In this document: piece by piece, positions 1-8,862 of the stretch
Numbering within the stretch: the first letter of the stretch is position 1
Layout of the letters: each line of letters starts with the position of its first letter
Virus record (IMG/VR): IMGVR_UViG_3300048851_000171
Span: 1-40,594 of that record
Strand: one strand, 5' to 3'
Length of the DNA stretch: 40,594 bases
From: a virus
Taxonomy: Duplodnaviria; Caudoviricetes
The notes under the pieces: generated by a model
Seen by the model: only the letters and a program-made list of their open reading frames with translations
The model's database searches: none
What the model was told of the DNA's origin: nothing
Made by a program: the position numbers and the translations under genes

Positions 1-216
1 TTAATCGTCTTCAGCATCAGCGCCTCGCCCTGTCAGGTTGTCGTTTCGGTTGAGGAGCTCGTGGAGCGTTTGCTCCAGCTCGGTTGCGGCAAGGCGCACG
101 AGCTGCGCCTTCTCCAGTGCGCGGATGGCGGCAAGATCGCTCACTCGCTCTAATGACGCGCTTCTTTGCTGGGCCTCGCGCTGAGGCCCGCGCCTACCTG
201 TCAGCCAGCCCATCAT
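1..216 (-). CDS. hypothetical protein, last visible gene of lysis region
   Basis: 71 aa ORF; start overlaps the stop of the upstream gene (ATGA coupling at 213-216). Confidence 0.55.
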   Translation of the reverse strand: MMGWLTGRRGPQREAQQRSASLERVSDLAAIRALEKAQLVRLAATELEQTLHELLNRNDNLTGRGADAEDD

Positions 217-470
217 TGTGGACCCCGCCAGTGGTTCGCGTTGCGGACGACTTCCGTGAGGTTCTGCAAGCCGGCGAGCATTGCATCGGCCGCCTTAGAG
301 CTGGCGACCGCCTCGGTGACGCGCTTCTCTAGGCTGTCATCGAGCTTGGCCTGCAGCGCCTTCACATCCTTTTCGAGGTTCGTCTTCTCCCGGAAGAGAT
401 AGAGGATGATCACGCCGGGCGTGCCCCACTGGAGGACGATCTGCCCGATGCTGAGCCAAAGCTGATCCAT
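213..470 (-). CDS. small membrane protein (holin/antiholin-like, N-terminal TM plus coiled coil)
   Basis: MDQLWLSIGQIVLQWGTPGVIILYLFREK hydrophobic N-terminus, then a heptad-like region; ATG at 470 preceded by GAAGG. Confidence 0.6.
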   Translation of the reverse strand: MDQLWLSIGQIVLQWGTPGVIILYLFREKTNLEKDVKALQAKLDDSLEKRVTEAVASSKAADAMLAGLQNLTEVVRNANHWRGPQ

Positions 471-474
471 GCCT

Positions 475-765
475 TCAGCGCTTCGTGCCGGCGAGCGCGG
501 AATCGCGAGCGCGGTAGAACTTCGTCTGAGCCGCGTGGCGCGCTCCGCAGGCGCGCAGGTTTGCCCGGTCCGAAGACCAATGCCGCTCCACATTGCGCTG
601 TGTCATGGCGCCGGCCGGCAGCTTCGTCGGGTCTGCGCACGGCCGCTGCAACTCCGCCGGTGGCGGATCAAGGACGGGCGCCAGAGCCGGACGCACGACC
701 GCTTTGGTCGATGCGGCGCACGCTGTCAGCGCCAATGCCGAGACGATCACGATCAGGGTCTGCAT
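475..765 (-). CDS. o-spanin (Rz1-like outer-membrane lipoprotein)
   Basis: MQTLIVIVSALALTAC lipobox, Pro-rich (LDPPPAELQRPC), overlaps the 3' end of the i-spanin in another frame. Confidence 0.75.
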   Translation of the reverse strand: MQTLIVIVSALALTACAASTKAVVRPALAPVLDPPPAELQRPCADPTKLPAGAMTQRNVERHWSSDRANLRACGARHAAQTKFYRARDSALAGTKR

Positions 766-1192
766 CGGCTTCACGGGCCATCTCCTCGAGTTCGGTTGCA
801 AGCTGGGCGCGTTCGGCCTCAAGGCGGCTGACCTCGATCGCGGCCTCATCACGGATGCGTCTGTTTTCGGCGTCCTGACGGAGACGTTCGGCGGTCTCGG
901 TCTGCTGGAGATCCGTGACGAACTTGTCGTGCTGACGGACCAAGGTCTCGTACTTGTCGCTCCAGAGGATCTCCGCGTCGGCGTAGCCGGAGCGGTACGC
1001 CTTGGCGTCTCGGTGCTGGACGTAGAGCCAGCCAGCCGCGAGCGCGGCAACGATGCCGAGGCCGACGAGCAGGAATCGGTACAACGGGCTGAAAATGCCG
1101 CCGATCAGCAGCGCGAGTGCGGCCACGGCCACGAGCACCCAGATCCAGCTCAGCAGCTGGTCCCACAGTGCATTGAGGAAGAAGCCGATCAT
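668..1192 (-). CDS. i-spanin (Rz-like)
   Basis: N-terminal TM segments followed by a long charged coiled coil; lies downstream of endolysin/holin and overlaps the lipoprotein gene. Confidence 0.75.
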   Translation of the reverse strand: MIGFFLNALWDQLLSWIWVLVAVAALALLIGGIFSPLYRFLLVGLGIVAALAAGWLYVQHRDAKAYRSGYADAEILWSDKYETLVRQHDKFVTDLQQTETAERLRQDAENRRIRDEAAIEVSRLEAERAQLATELEEMAREADADPDRDRLGIGADSVRRIDQSGRASGSGARP

Positions 1193-1560
1193 CCGGCCCG
1201 CCTTTCATTCTCGAAGGGTGCGAATTCCGTCTGCAGCGGATTGCACGGGGCGGCGCCCGGCTCGGCCGCGACAACGGCAGGGTCCACGGGCGACGACGCC
1301 GGCGAATAAGGGAGGGCGCTGCGCGTGGTCAGGAACGCGACGATGTCCTGCGCTGTCGCGAAGCCGGTGTAGCCCCCGACCAGCACGATGATGAGCAGGT
1401 TCCAGCCCCAAGCGATGGTGTCGTTGAGCCGCGTGTCGGGCGCGTTCTCCATCATCATCAGCCGCCAACAAGCGAAGGCCACCACCGGGAAGATCGCGAG
1501 GCGGCGCCACTTCCAGCCAGGCTCGCCGCTCGGCTTGGCCTCTGTGAGATCAAGCCTCAT
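1189..1560 (-). CDS. putative holin
   Basis: 123 aa with two hydrophobic segments (RLAIFPVVAFACW; WNLLIIVLVGGYTGFA), between endolysin and spanins. Confidence 0.6.
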   Translation of the reverse strand: MRLDLTEAKPSGEPGWKWRRLAIFPVVAFACWRLMMMENAPDTRLNDTIAWGWNLLIIVLVGGYTGFATAQDIVAFLTTRSALPYSPASSPVDPAVVAAEPGAAPCNPLQTEFAPFENERRAG

Positions 1561-2293
1561 TTTGCGAAAGCGCTCCTGCGCGGTTTACCAGCACGGGCCC
1601 GCCCACCGGCAGAGGCGCGGTCAGCGGCCAGCGAATGCCTCCGGGAATGCCTTTCGCGGGGTTGGCCTGCCGTAGGCGGCTCTTCTCGATCCACGTCTCA
1701 GTGACAGCGTTCGACTGGTTGCCGCCACGCACCAGGTAGGCGTCCGCACGCTCTCCTGCATAGAAGCCGACATGCCCCTGCCATCCGCTGGGCGAGCCGC
1801 GCCAGAACACGAGCACAGCGCCGAGTGCGGGCTGCTGCAGCTCGCGGCCGAACTTCAGCCAGTTGATCGAGCCCCACGGATTCTGAAGCAGCGGCTCGGC
1901 TGGCATGGTCGACGCGATGCACCAGCCCACGAAGGTGCCGCACCAGGCCTCTTCATCGTTCCGGAACGGAGCCTTCAGGAACTCCAGCCACTGCACGATG
2001 GCGCTGTTGTGCTTGGGCCCGGACACCTCGCGCAGGCCGATATGCCGCTTGGCCTCTTCGAACCACGGCAGCAGGGTTGCTTGTTCCAGAGGCGCCCGGC
2101 CGGGCGTGGCGGCGTTCAAAGCCGCGATCGTCTTCGGCCCGACCGTGCCGGGGTAGATAACGTCCAGGCGCCGATCAGCCTGGAACTTCTTCACAGCCGT
2201 CGTGGTGAGGCGACCGAAGTGGCCGTCCGCGCCAGATGGCCCGAGCGAATAGCCGAGCGCGATCAACCGCGACTGTAGGTCTCGGGTGTCCAT
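1550..2293 (-). CDS. endolysin: peptidoglycan-binding domain plus TIGR02594-like CHAP/NlpC amidase
   Basis: LQSRLIALGY..ADGHFGRLTTTAVKKFQ PG-binding motif; DEEAWCGTFV, GHVGF, GGNQSNAV catalytic motifs. Confidence 0.9.
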   Translation of the reverse strand: MDTRDLQSRLIALGYSLGPSGADGHFGRLTTTAVKKFQADRRLDVIYPGTVGPKTIAALNAATPGRAPLEQATLLPWFEEAKRHIGLREVSGPKHNSAIVQWLEFLKAPFRNDEEAWCGTFVGWCIASTMPAEPLLQNPWGSINWLKFGRELQQPALGAVLVFWRGSPSGWQGHVGFYAGERADAYLVRGGNQSNAVTETWIEKSRLRQANPAKGIPGGIRWPLTAPLPVGGPVLVNRAGALSQNEA

Positions 2294-2310
2294 GATGATC
2301 TCCAGGCATG

Positions 2311-2342
2311 AAAAAGCCCGCCGGCGAGATCGCAGACGGGCT
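2311..2342 (-). terminator. intrinsic terminator upstream of the lysis cassette
   Basis: Minus strand AGCCCG..CGGGCT stem followed by a T run. Confidence 0.65.
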
Positions 2343-2380
2343 AAGAGGTAAGGACCGGACTACTCCGGGGTTGAAGTCAG

Positions 2381-3124
2381 GTGAGCGTGCAGATGCAGGT
2401 GCGCATTTTCGAGAACAGCAAAGACGATTTTGCCGCCCTTCCGAAAGGCAAGCTGGGATTCCTGTTAGCCTCCTGCCACGCCTTCAATGAAGTATCTTCG
2501 CTTGTTCCCCTGACGATCTTTGGCAACAAAGACCCTAATCGTAACGAAGCAGAACTTGCTTTTCTTATGGTGCGTCAGCTGACAATTCTAAGACTGCTGT
2601 TGTCGAAGCTGTACGAATGGAACAACATCTGTGTTCAGCACAAAAAAACCTTGAAGCGCAAAGTTCTGCAGGATGCCTATTTTGACGAGAACTACGGAGG
2701 AGTAGAAGAGATCTTCGCGCGCTTCGACTGGCTTCCGAGAGTGCGGAATAAGCTGACATTTCATTATGACCGAGACGCACTGCTTGAAGGCTTCCGGAGG
2801 ATGGAAGCGGATACCCGACTTGTTTTCGCAGCCGGCAAGATCCAAGGCCTTACTGTATTCGGGTTCGCTGAAGAAGCCGCTAGCCAAGGGCTAATCAGCG
2901 ATCTCGGGAACGGTGACTTACAGGCTGGGTTAAGAGCCGCTCACGACGCGGCACTCGATCTTTATCGGGCCATGTTCAACTTCATGCCTTACTACGTCAT
3001 GGCAATCCTGCGCGAGTACAAGATCACGTCCAGCTATACCGATATGGCGATCTCGGCTGACCTTCTTCGCGATCCTGCAGAACTTACCATTCCTCTAGCC
3101 CCGGATCGGCCGCCGCCAAGATGA
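2381..3124 (+). CDS. HEPN-motif protein (AbiU2-like), moron
   Basis: 247 aa helical-looking protein with RNKLTFH (R-x5-H) at 2744-2764; opposite strand to neighbours and visibly AT-richer. Confidence 0.65.
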   Translation: MSVQMQVRIFENSKDDFAALPKGKLGFLLASCHAFNEVSSLVPLTIFGNKDPNRNEAELAFLMVRQLTILRLLLSKLYEWNNICVQHKKTLKRKVLQDAYFDENYGGVEEIFARFDWLPRVRNKLTFHYDRDALLEGFRRMEADTRLVFAAGKIQGLTVFGFAEEAASQGLISDLGNGDLQAGLRAAHDAALDLYRAMFNFMPYYVMAILREYKITSSYTDMAISADLLRDPAELTIPLAPDRPPPR

Positions 3125-3125
3125 T

Positions 3126-3533
3126 CTAGAAATCTGGGTCCAGCGGAACGAACTGGAGGCCCCGGCCCGAGAACACCCCGGTGCGCCAAGCCGTGGCGTC
3201 CGCCGGCGTCACGAGCCCGGCTGCAGAGTAGACTTGAAGGTTGCCCGCGCCACAGGCGGCGAGCACTTCAGGCTCGGTGATGATCGTCCATTCGACACCT
3301 TCGGGAAGGTGGCCTTCGCAGAGCTGCTGCCAGCACAGCACGTCATCACTGTTCGCGCTCATGTCCTGGAACATGTAGTGCGTGGGCGGGGTCAGGTGCG
3401 TGGGCGGCGGCGAGATGGGTACCAGAGGCACCATGAAGGTCTCAGGGCCTCGGCCCATCTGCTCCCAAACCTTGTTGCCATCACCCTGCAAGCCGTTGGC
3501 AATGATGCCGATGGTGGGAAGAGACGTGGCCAT
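3126..3533 (-). CDS. hypothetical virion-module protein
   Basis: 135 aa ORF directly after the head-spike fibre gene, phage-like codon usage. Confidence 0.7.
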   Translation of the reverse strand: MATSLPTIGIIANGLQGDGNKVWEQMGRGPETFMVPLVPISPPPTHLTPPTHYMFQDMSANSDDVLCWQQLCEGHLPEGVEWTIITEPEVLAACGAGNLQVYSAAGLVTPADATAWRTGVFSGRGLQFVPLDPDF

Positions 3534-3545
3534 GTGTCGTGTGTC

Positions 3546-4286
3546 CTAGTGGTTGGTTGCGATGTAGGCGGACAGAGCGGCCGCATCCGCTGCGCCGACG
3601 GCCTTGTTGCCGAACAGCGCCGCATAGATGTCCGCGCCGGTGTAAGCTTGGGCGGAACCGTTCACGCTGACGCCGCCAATGATGACCGCGACGGGCGAAG
3701 TTATGCCGCCGAGGTGCGACGTCTCGGAAATCTGCACCCCGTTCCAGTAGCAACGGGTCGTCGTGCCGTCCGAGGTGCCAAGGAACACTCCGGGATTAAC
3801 CAGCGCATCCGTGGCGCCGTAGGTGCCGGTGCCCGTACCCGACGCCAGTCGCATCGAGCCGGCGGCGTCCACCTGCACCCTGAAGCGGGTGGTCGCGTCC
3901 TGCGAACCGAAAAGGTAATTCTGCGGCGAGTTGACCTTGACCTTGAGCGCCACTGTCGCGGCCAGCGCCGGGATGATGGTGCTTGGCATCCGGTCGTCGG
4001 CACCGTCGTAGCGAATGCACCGCTTCCCGTTCACTGTGTAGAGCTTGGGGCGTCCCGCGATGCTCGGCTGTATGCCGTCCCGCCCCCTTCCGCTCATGTC
4101 CTTGATGACGAAGGCGCCGTCCCCATCGTTGACCGCGGGCACCAGCATCTCGGCATCTTGGAAGACAGCAGTGGACGGAAGGAAGAAGCCGTCCGTTCCG
4201 TCCGCGAAGAATGCCGCGACGGGGCTCTGCCCGCCTCCGCCCCTCATCAGCAGCGCCGGCAGGGACAGGCTGAGGCCGAGATCCAT
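3546..4286 (-). CDS. head spike fibre protein (Rcc01080-like N-terminus, LamG/lectin-like C-terminus)
   Basis: Start MDLGLSLSL resembles the LGLGLGL N-terminus of the RcGTA head fibre; beta-rich C-terminal half; follows the spike-base gene. Confidence 0.6.
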   Translation of the reverse strand: MDLGLSLSLPALLMRGGGGQSPVAAFFADGTDGFFLPSTAVFQDAEMLVPAVNDGDGAFVIKDMSGRGRDGIQPSIAGRPKLYTVNGKRCIRYDGADDRMPSTIIPALAATVALKVKVNSPQNYLFGSQDATTRFRVQVDAAGSMRLASGTGTGTYGATDALVNPGVFLGTSDGTTTRCYWNGVQISETSHLGGITSPVAVIIGGVSVNGSAQAYTGADIYAALFGNKAVGAADAAALSAYIATNH

Positions 4287-4288
4287 GC

Positions 4289-4555
4289 TCAGCCCTCGAC
4301 GGTCGCGACCGTGCCGGTGGCGGCCGTCACGCGGCGCACCACGCACGGCGCGATCCAACCGGCCGGCACACCTGTGTACGGTATCGGATCTGCGTTCGCA
4401 TTGTCATACGGCACGATGGTGATGTTACCGCCCGTCAGATGGGTGACCGTCTTCGGCGTCGGGTCGAGATCAGTGTTGCTGGGCACGATCACGCGCATGC
4501 GGGTGCCGAGCGAGCCGGGCGACGGAGAGAAGTTCTCGAAGGGCTTAGGGGCCAT
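4289..4555 (-). CDS. head spike base protein (Rcc01079-like)
   Basis: 88 aa, pattern PF..FS.S..S...IVPSNTDL...GGNITI...GVPAGWIAPCVVRRVTAATGT. Confidence 0.7.
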   Translation of the reverse strand: MAPKPFENFSPSPGSLGTRMRVIVPSNTDLDPTPKTVTHLTGGNITIVPYDNANADPIPYTGVPAGWIAPCVVRRVTAATGTVATVEG

Positions 4556-4569
4556 GGGTTCACCTTATG

Positions 4570-4592
4570 AAAAAGCCCGCACGAGGCGGGCT
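4570..4592 (-). terminator. intrinsic terminator after the tail fibre module
   Basis: AGCCCGC-N5-GCGGGCT followed by a T run on the minus strand. Confidence 0.75.
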
Positions 4593-4631
4593 GGGTATGC
4601 TTGATGTTGACGCCGTCAGATGGCGGGCCGC

Positions 4632-5156
4632 CTAGATCTGCGGCCAGTGCACATCGTCCGCGAAGCCGTGCGGGATCGGGTCCAGATCCTTCAGCGACCG
4701 CGCGGCGAAAATGTGCGCCTGCTTGTGCTGCGCCGCCGCGCGACCAAGATCGACCACGGCCGGCGCGTCCATCTGGATCAGGCTGTTGTCGGCGCCGATC
4801 CACTCGAACGCCCTGCCCGTGCCGTTCCACATTACGTCACCGACCGCACCGCTGCCGGACATCATGGCCATGAAGGCGAGCTGCGCCGCGCCGGCGATGT
4901 TCTCGCGGTCGGACAGCCGCGACTGGAACGCCGCGCCGTTGAAGGTGAAGCCGGCGTCTATGCGCCGGTCGCGCTCGGCGTCCACTTCGGCGGGTTCGAC
5001 AACACGCTGCGCCGCCTCGGCCTGGCGCGCGGCGACCTCCGCCGCCGTCTCCTGCCGGATGATCCTGTCCGTCAGCGGACGCCCGTCCTCGCCCGTGAGG
5101 ATGCGGCCGTCTTCGTCGCGGCGAAGGCTGATGATCTCGACAAGATCGTTCATCAC
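4632..5156 (-). CDS. DUF4376-like tail fibre-associated protein
   Basis: VDAERDRRIDAGFTFNG..FQSR..DRENI and WIGADNS motifs, ends WPQI; follows the fibre gene. Confidence 0.75.
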   Translation of the reverse strand: MMNDLVEIISLRRDEDGRILTGEDGRPLTDRIIRQETAAEVAARQAEAAQRVVEPAEVDAERDRRIDAGFTFNGAAFQSRLSDRENIAGAAQLAFMAMMSGSGAVGDVMWNGTGRAFEWIGADNSLIQMDAPAVVDLGRAAAQHKQAHIFAARSLKDLDPIPHGFADDVHWPQI

Positions 5157-6055
5157 TTGTCTCCCAGGAGGACGAAGCTGCCAGACGCGAAGCCGGCGCT
5201 TGTGGTGGATGTCGCCCTGATGCGGATCGCGCTGTGCGCCTCGACATTGGTGGCGATGCGGTCAAGCGCGAACAGCGCATTTCCCCACGAGACGCTGCGC
5301 GTCCGCCGTGCCTCCCGGAATCCGTACATAAAGCAGACCACGGGATCTCGCGCGCTTGCAGTCGAGGGGGTCGCAAAGTTTAACCCATCACGCCACGTTG
5401 ATCCGTTGTCAGGGCTGACGTCGATCGCGAGACTGCCATTGCTCGACGAGGCGCTGGTGGTCGGCCTTGCCTCTCCCACCAGGTAGAGATTTCTGTACTC
5501 ACCGAGGTTGTTGAACACGACGCTCGACACAGTCGAGGTGCGCGTCCACTCGGTGATGTACTCGGCCGCCGCGCTCGGGGCGAAGGCGTCCAGCAGCGCC
5601 TTGCCCTTGGTCACGTCCAGCAGGCCTTCGCCGACGCCGGCAAGGATCTCCGCCGGCTCGGCCAGGCGCCGATTGCCGGCGATCAGCACCCGGAAGTGCA
5701 CGCCCGTGTAGAGGATGCCATACGCCTTTCCCGGCAGAAGATCGCCGGCCTTCAGCACCGCACCATCGGCGTCGCGCAGATCCTTCGCACCAGCGCCGTC
5801 CACGTTGATGGTGACAGGGCCGGTGTTCACCACGGCCGGGATGAACCAAAAGCCCATGCCACGGGAATAGGCCGAGAGGTCCGGGCCTTCCGACTGCGCC
5901 GTGATGACGTTCGTGCCGGCCACATTGTTGAGCCAGTCGAACAGCCGGTCCCAGATCGCGCCATGGTTTGCCGCCAGCTGGGCAAAGTAGTTCGCGCCCT
6001 GCGTCGCCGGCGAGCTCTTGGCAGCCGGTATCGAGCGCGTCGGTGCAAGCGCCAT
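5153..6055 (-). CDS. tail fibre / receptor-binding protein
   Basis: NTGPVTINVDGAGAK..L.AGDL fibre N-terminal motif; S/T-rich beta C-terminus; directly after the tip protein. Confidence 0.7.
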   Translation of the reverse strand: MALAPTRSIPAAKSSPATQGANYFAQLAANHGAIWDRLFDWLNNVAGTNVITAQSEGPDLSAYSRGMGFWFIPAVVNTGPVTINVDGAGAKDLRDADGAVLKAGDLLPGKAYGILYTGVHFRVLIAGNRRLAEPAEILAGVGEGLLDVTKGKALLDAFAPSAAAEYITEWTRTSTVSSVVFNNLGEYRNLYLVGEARPTTSASSSNGSLAIDVSPDNGSTWRDGLNFATPSTASARDPVVCFMYGFREARRTRSVSWGNALFALDRIATNVEAHSAIRIRATSTTSAGFASGSFVLLGDK

Positions 6056-6084
6056 GTGGACCTCGTGATGTTGGTAGGTGCGGA

Positions 6085-8862
6085 CTAGGCCGCGAACAGT
6101 TCCGGCGCCTCGTCCACCAACGTCAGCGTGGCGGTCAGGTCATCCTTAGGCTTCACATCGGCGACGATCATGCGCGCCACCTCGCGGCTCAGGCTGCCGA
6201 CCTGAACAAGGCAGTCCCGACCGAGCAGTTCGACCTCCTGCCCGCGCAAAGTCACGGTGCCAGGCGCCGTCATGGGCTCCTGGAAGAACACATGATCGGT
6301 CTCAGCCGCGTCGCCGTAGACCTCGCGCGTGATCACCGTGCCGTTCTTCAGCCGCACGGCCACGCCACTCAGCCGCTCCTGCGTGAAGACGTCCTCGACA
6401 TCAAACACATCGGCGAAGTCGAACACGTCGAAGTCCGGCACGGTGTTGACCGGAACCGCGCTGTCGAGGTGGAGCCCGATCACCTCGCCGGTTTCCTCAT
6501 CGAGCAGAACATCCTTCACGCGGGCGCTGCCGCTGTAGCGGTCGAGGATGTCGTGCTGCACGGCCACGATGTCGCCGCGGCTCGCCACCAGCGCCTCGAT
6601 GTCCGCCTCGCCATAGCTGAAGGTGGCGCGCAGTCGGGCCTGCTTGAGGTCGAACGCCGCCCGCTCCCGCACGGCCGCCTCCGTCGTGAGGCCCTGATAG
6701 GTCACCGTCTCCAGCGTGGTCGCGTTCGTCTCGTCATAGCCGTCCGCATAGACCACGATCTGCTCGTCGGCATATTCGGCCGCCGCGTCCTGAAAGGTCA
6801 CAAGGAAGCCGTGCGGCAGCTTGGCGAACGCCTTCTCGAACCGAAAGCCCGACAGGTTGCGCGGGTTGAACATCTGCACCGGGCCGTCCTCGCTGCGGCT
6901 GCGGTCCTCGATCACGCCCCACTTCTCGCTGCGCCACGGCCGCGCAAAGCCGCAGCTCGCCAGCACCATCAGCAGATCATCGGCACTTTCGCCATCCGCG
7001 ATCATGTGGCACTCGCGGCCGGCGGCTATGCAGCGCTCGCGCCAAGCGATCAGCCCGACATCGTGCACCAGCTCCTCCGGCAGAGGGTCCGCGTTCAGCG
7101 AACCTGTCAGCAGCCAGCGGAAGGCCGCGACAGGATGCGATGGCGTCGACCAGTTCGACCAGGTGCCGGCCACCGGGTCATAGTCCGGCACATAGCCCGA
7201 GGCTCGCACGCTGATCTGCTCGAGGCGACGTGCCCGACCACGGATGGCGATCAGAGCGAGGCCGGGCCGCGACACGATGGGCTCCTGCCAGATCGAGGCG
7301 ATGCGGGCGAGCTGCACTGTCAGCCGCCGGTCATTCTGCGCCTCTGGAGGGTTCGGCCCGTCTCCCTGCGTTCGCCAGAAGAACAGGTCGCGGCTGTCGC
7401 CGTGCAGCTGATGGCCCCCGCTATTCCAATCCTCAATGTCGAAGGCCGAGCTGCGCTTGACCTCGATCTCGTAACGGCCCTTCAGGAACACGGCGGGGTC
7501 CAGGTAGAACTCAGCCTTTTCTTCGTAAAGCGCAACATTGCGGACGCTCGATGTGCCCATCGTGTCGGTCATCAGGACATCGTTGCCGGCGCCTGCGGAG
7601 AAGTGCGGATCGGCCGCCCACTCGCCCGTCACCGGATGCATGGTCTGGCCGGACACCCACTTATAAGCGAGGTAGCAGCCACGGCTGGCCGGCGGGATCG
7701 GGAACCGACGCGGCGGCGCGCTCCACATCAGCCTCAGCGAGACGCGCTTCACGTCGCCTTTCGCTCCCCGCACGACGATCTCGGGAAGGTTCCGCCACGC
7801 TTCATCCCCGCGCCGCCGGATGCGCATGCGGAACGCGATGGCCGTCTTCTTCTCCTGGTCGCCCAGGTTCATGATGCCGCCGCCGAAGCCGACGTCGATA
7901 TGCACCTCGTCGGCAGCGTCGCGCGAGCCAAGCCCGTGGAAGATCGGCACGCACTTGTCAGGATCCTTGCCGGGCTGGATCAGTCCATCCTGATCGGGAT
8001 CGGTCAGGAAGCCGGACATTTCAATGTTCGGGCCTTCCTGCCTCGCCTGCCGCGTGATCAGCGTAAGCGGCGGATCGTTCGGCCAGCCTTCGCGCACCTC
8101 GTATTCCAGATCTTCCGCCTCAGCGATCGGCGTGCCGGCAATGCGGATGTCGTCCAGCTTGCACGGGCCGGCAAGCGCCAGCACACATTCCGCCTGTTCC
8201 TCGGCGAAGGAGACGATTTCGATGAGAGGCTGCCCTGCGAAGGGCGGATACATCGTCATCGTGCCGATCGGTCGCGGGATCGTGCCGCCGGCCGTAAGCA
8301 CATTGCCAGACGCGGATGCGGATCGGTCGCGATCTCCGGACAGTCCCTCCTGGCTCTTTGGAGCGACCGGCGGAGGCGTTAGGGCCGCGATGGCCAGGCT
8401 GCCGACGACGCCGACGGCTGCGCCAAGGATCTGCGCAGAGACAGAGCCCGCCGCGAAGAACCCGCCGCCGATGCCCGCGCCGAAGCCGCCTGAGGCGATC
8501 GTCACCACGGCCAGCAGAGCTATCGAAGCGATGATGCGGAAGATGCCTTTGCCACCACCGCCACCTCCGCCGCCCTGCAGCGGGATTTGCAGCACTACAG
8601 TGATGTCGCGGTCGGCGCGCGGCCGGCAGCGCACCCACAGCTCGCGCGGCACTTCCCATTCGCTCGTGCCATCCGTGACGACGACACGCCCGTGCCGCTG
8701 GAAGCGCTCCCACGGCAGGCCCGGCACGCTGGCCAACATCTCCGCGATCGTCTGTCCGGCCGGGCGCACGTCGCGGAAGACGTCACGGTCTCCGATGGCG
8801 AACGGGCGCCGTGGCCACACCAGCGCGGCCCCTGAGACCGGATGCTTGGGCTCAACGCTCAT
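6085..8862 (-). CDS. tail tip / host-specificity protein (TipJ-like, fused gpI-like N-terminus)
   Basis: 925 aa; Gly-rich hydrophobic N-terminal part; PVQMFNPRN, GDIVAVQHD, LTLVDEAPE motifs; position in tail operon. Confidence 0.85.
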   Translation of the reverse strand: MSVEPKHPVSGAALVWPRRPFAIGDRDVFRDVRPAGQTIAEMLASVPGLPWERFQRHGRVVVTDGTSEWEVPRELWVRCRPRADRDITVVLQIPLQGGGGGGGGKGIFRIIASIALLAVVTIASGGFGAGIGGGFFAAGSVSAQILGAAVGVVGSLAIAALTPPPVAPKSQEGLSGDRDRSASASGNVLTAGGTIPRPIGTMTMYPPFAGQPLIEIVSFAEEQAECVLALAGPCKLDDIRIAGTPIAEAEDLEYEVREGWPNDPPLTLITRQARQEGPNIEMSGFLTDPDQDGLIQPGKDPDKCVPIFHGLGSRDAADEVHIDVGFGGGIMNLGDQEKKTAIAFRMRIRRRGDEAWRNLPEIVVRGAKGDVKRVSLRLMWSAPPRRFPIPPASRGCYLAYKWVSGQTMHPVTGEWAADPHFSAGAGNDVLMTDTMGTSSVRNVALYEEKAEFYLDPAVFLKGRYEIEVKRSSAFDIEDWNSGGHQLHGDSRDLFFWRTQGDGPNPPEAQNDRRLTVQLARIASIWQEPIVSRPGLALIAIRGRARRLEQISVRASGYVPDYDPVAGTWSNWSTPSHPVAAFRWLLTGSLNADPLPEELVHDVGLIAWRERCIAAGRECHMIADGESADDLLMVLASCGFARPWRSEKWGVIEDRSRSEDGPVQMFNPRNLSGFRFEKAFAKLPHGFLVTFQDAAAEYADEQIVVYADGYDETNATTLETVTYQGLTTEAAVRERAAFDLKQARLRATFSYGEADIEALVASRGDIVAVQHDILDRYSGSARVKDVLLDEETGEVIGLHLDSAVPVNTVPDFDVFDFADVFDVEDVFTQERLSGVAVRLKNGTVITREVYGDAAETDHVFFQEPMTAPGTVTLRGQEVELLGRDCLVQVGSLSREVARMIVADVKPKDDLTATLTLVDEAPELFAA

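Noticed and set aside
5968-8382. 804 aa + strand ORF (similarly 3234-4604, 10156-11517, 18408-19892)
   Set aside because: Antisense shadows of clear phage genes in high-GC DNA; no motifs
3126-8862. Diversity-generating retroelement or invertible fibre cassette
   Set aside because: No reverse transcriptase, invertase or TR/VR duplicate seen by eye; a self dot-plot would confirm
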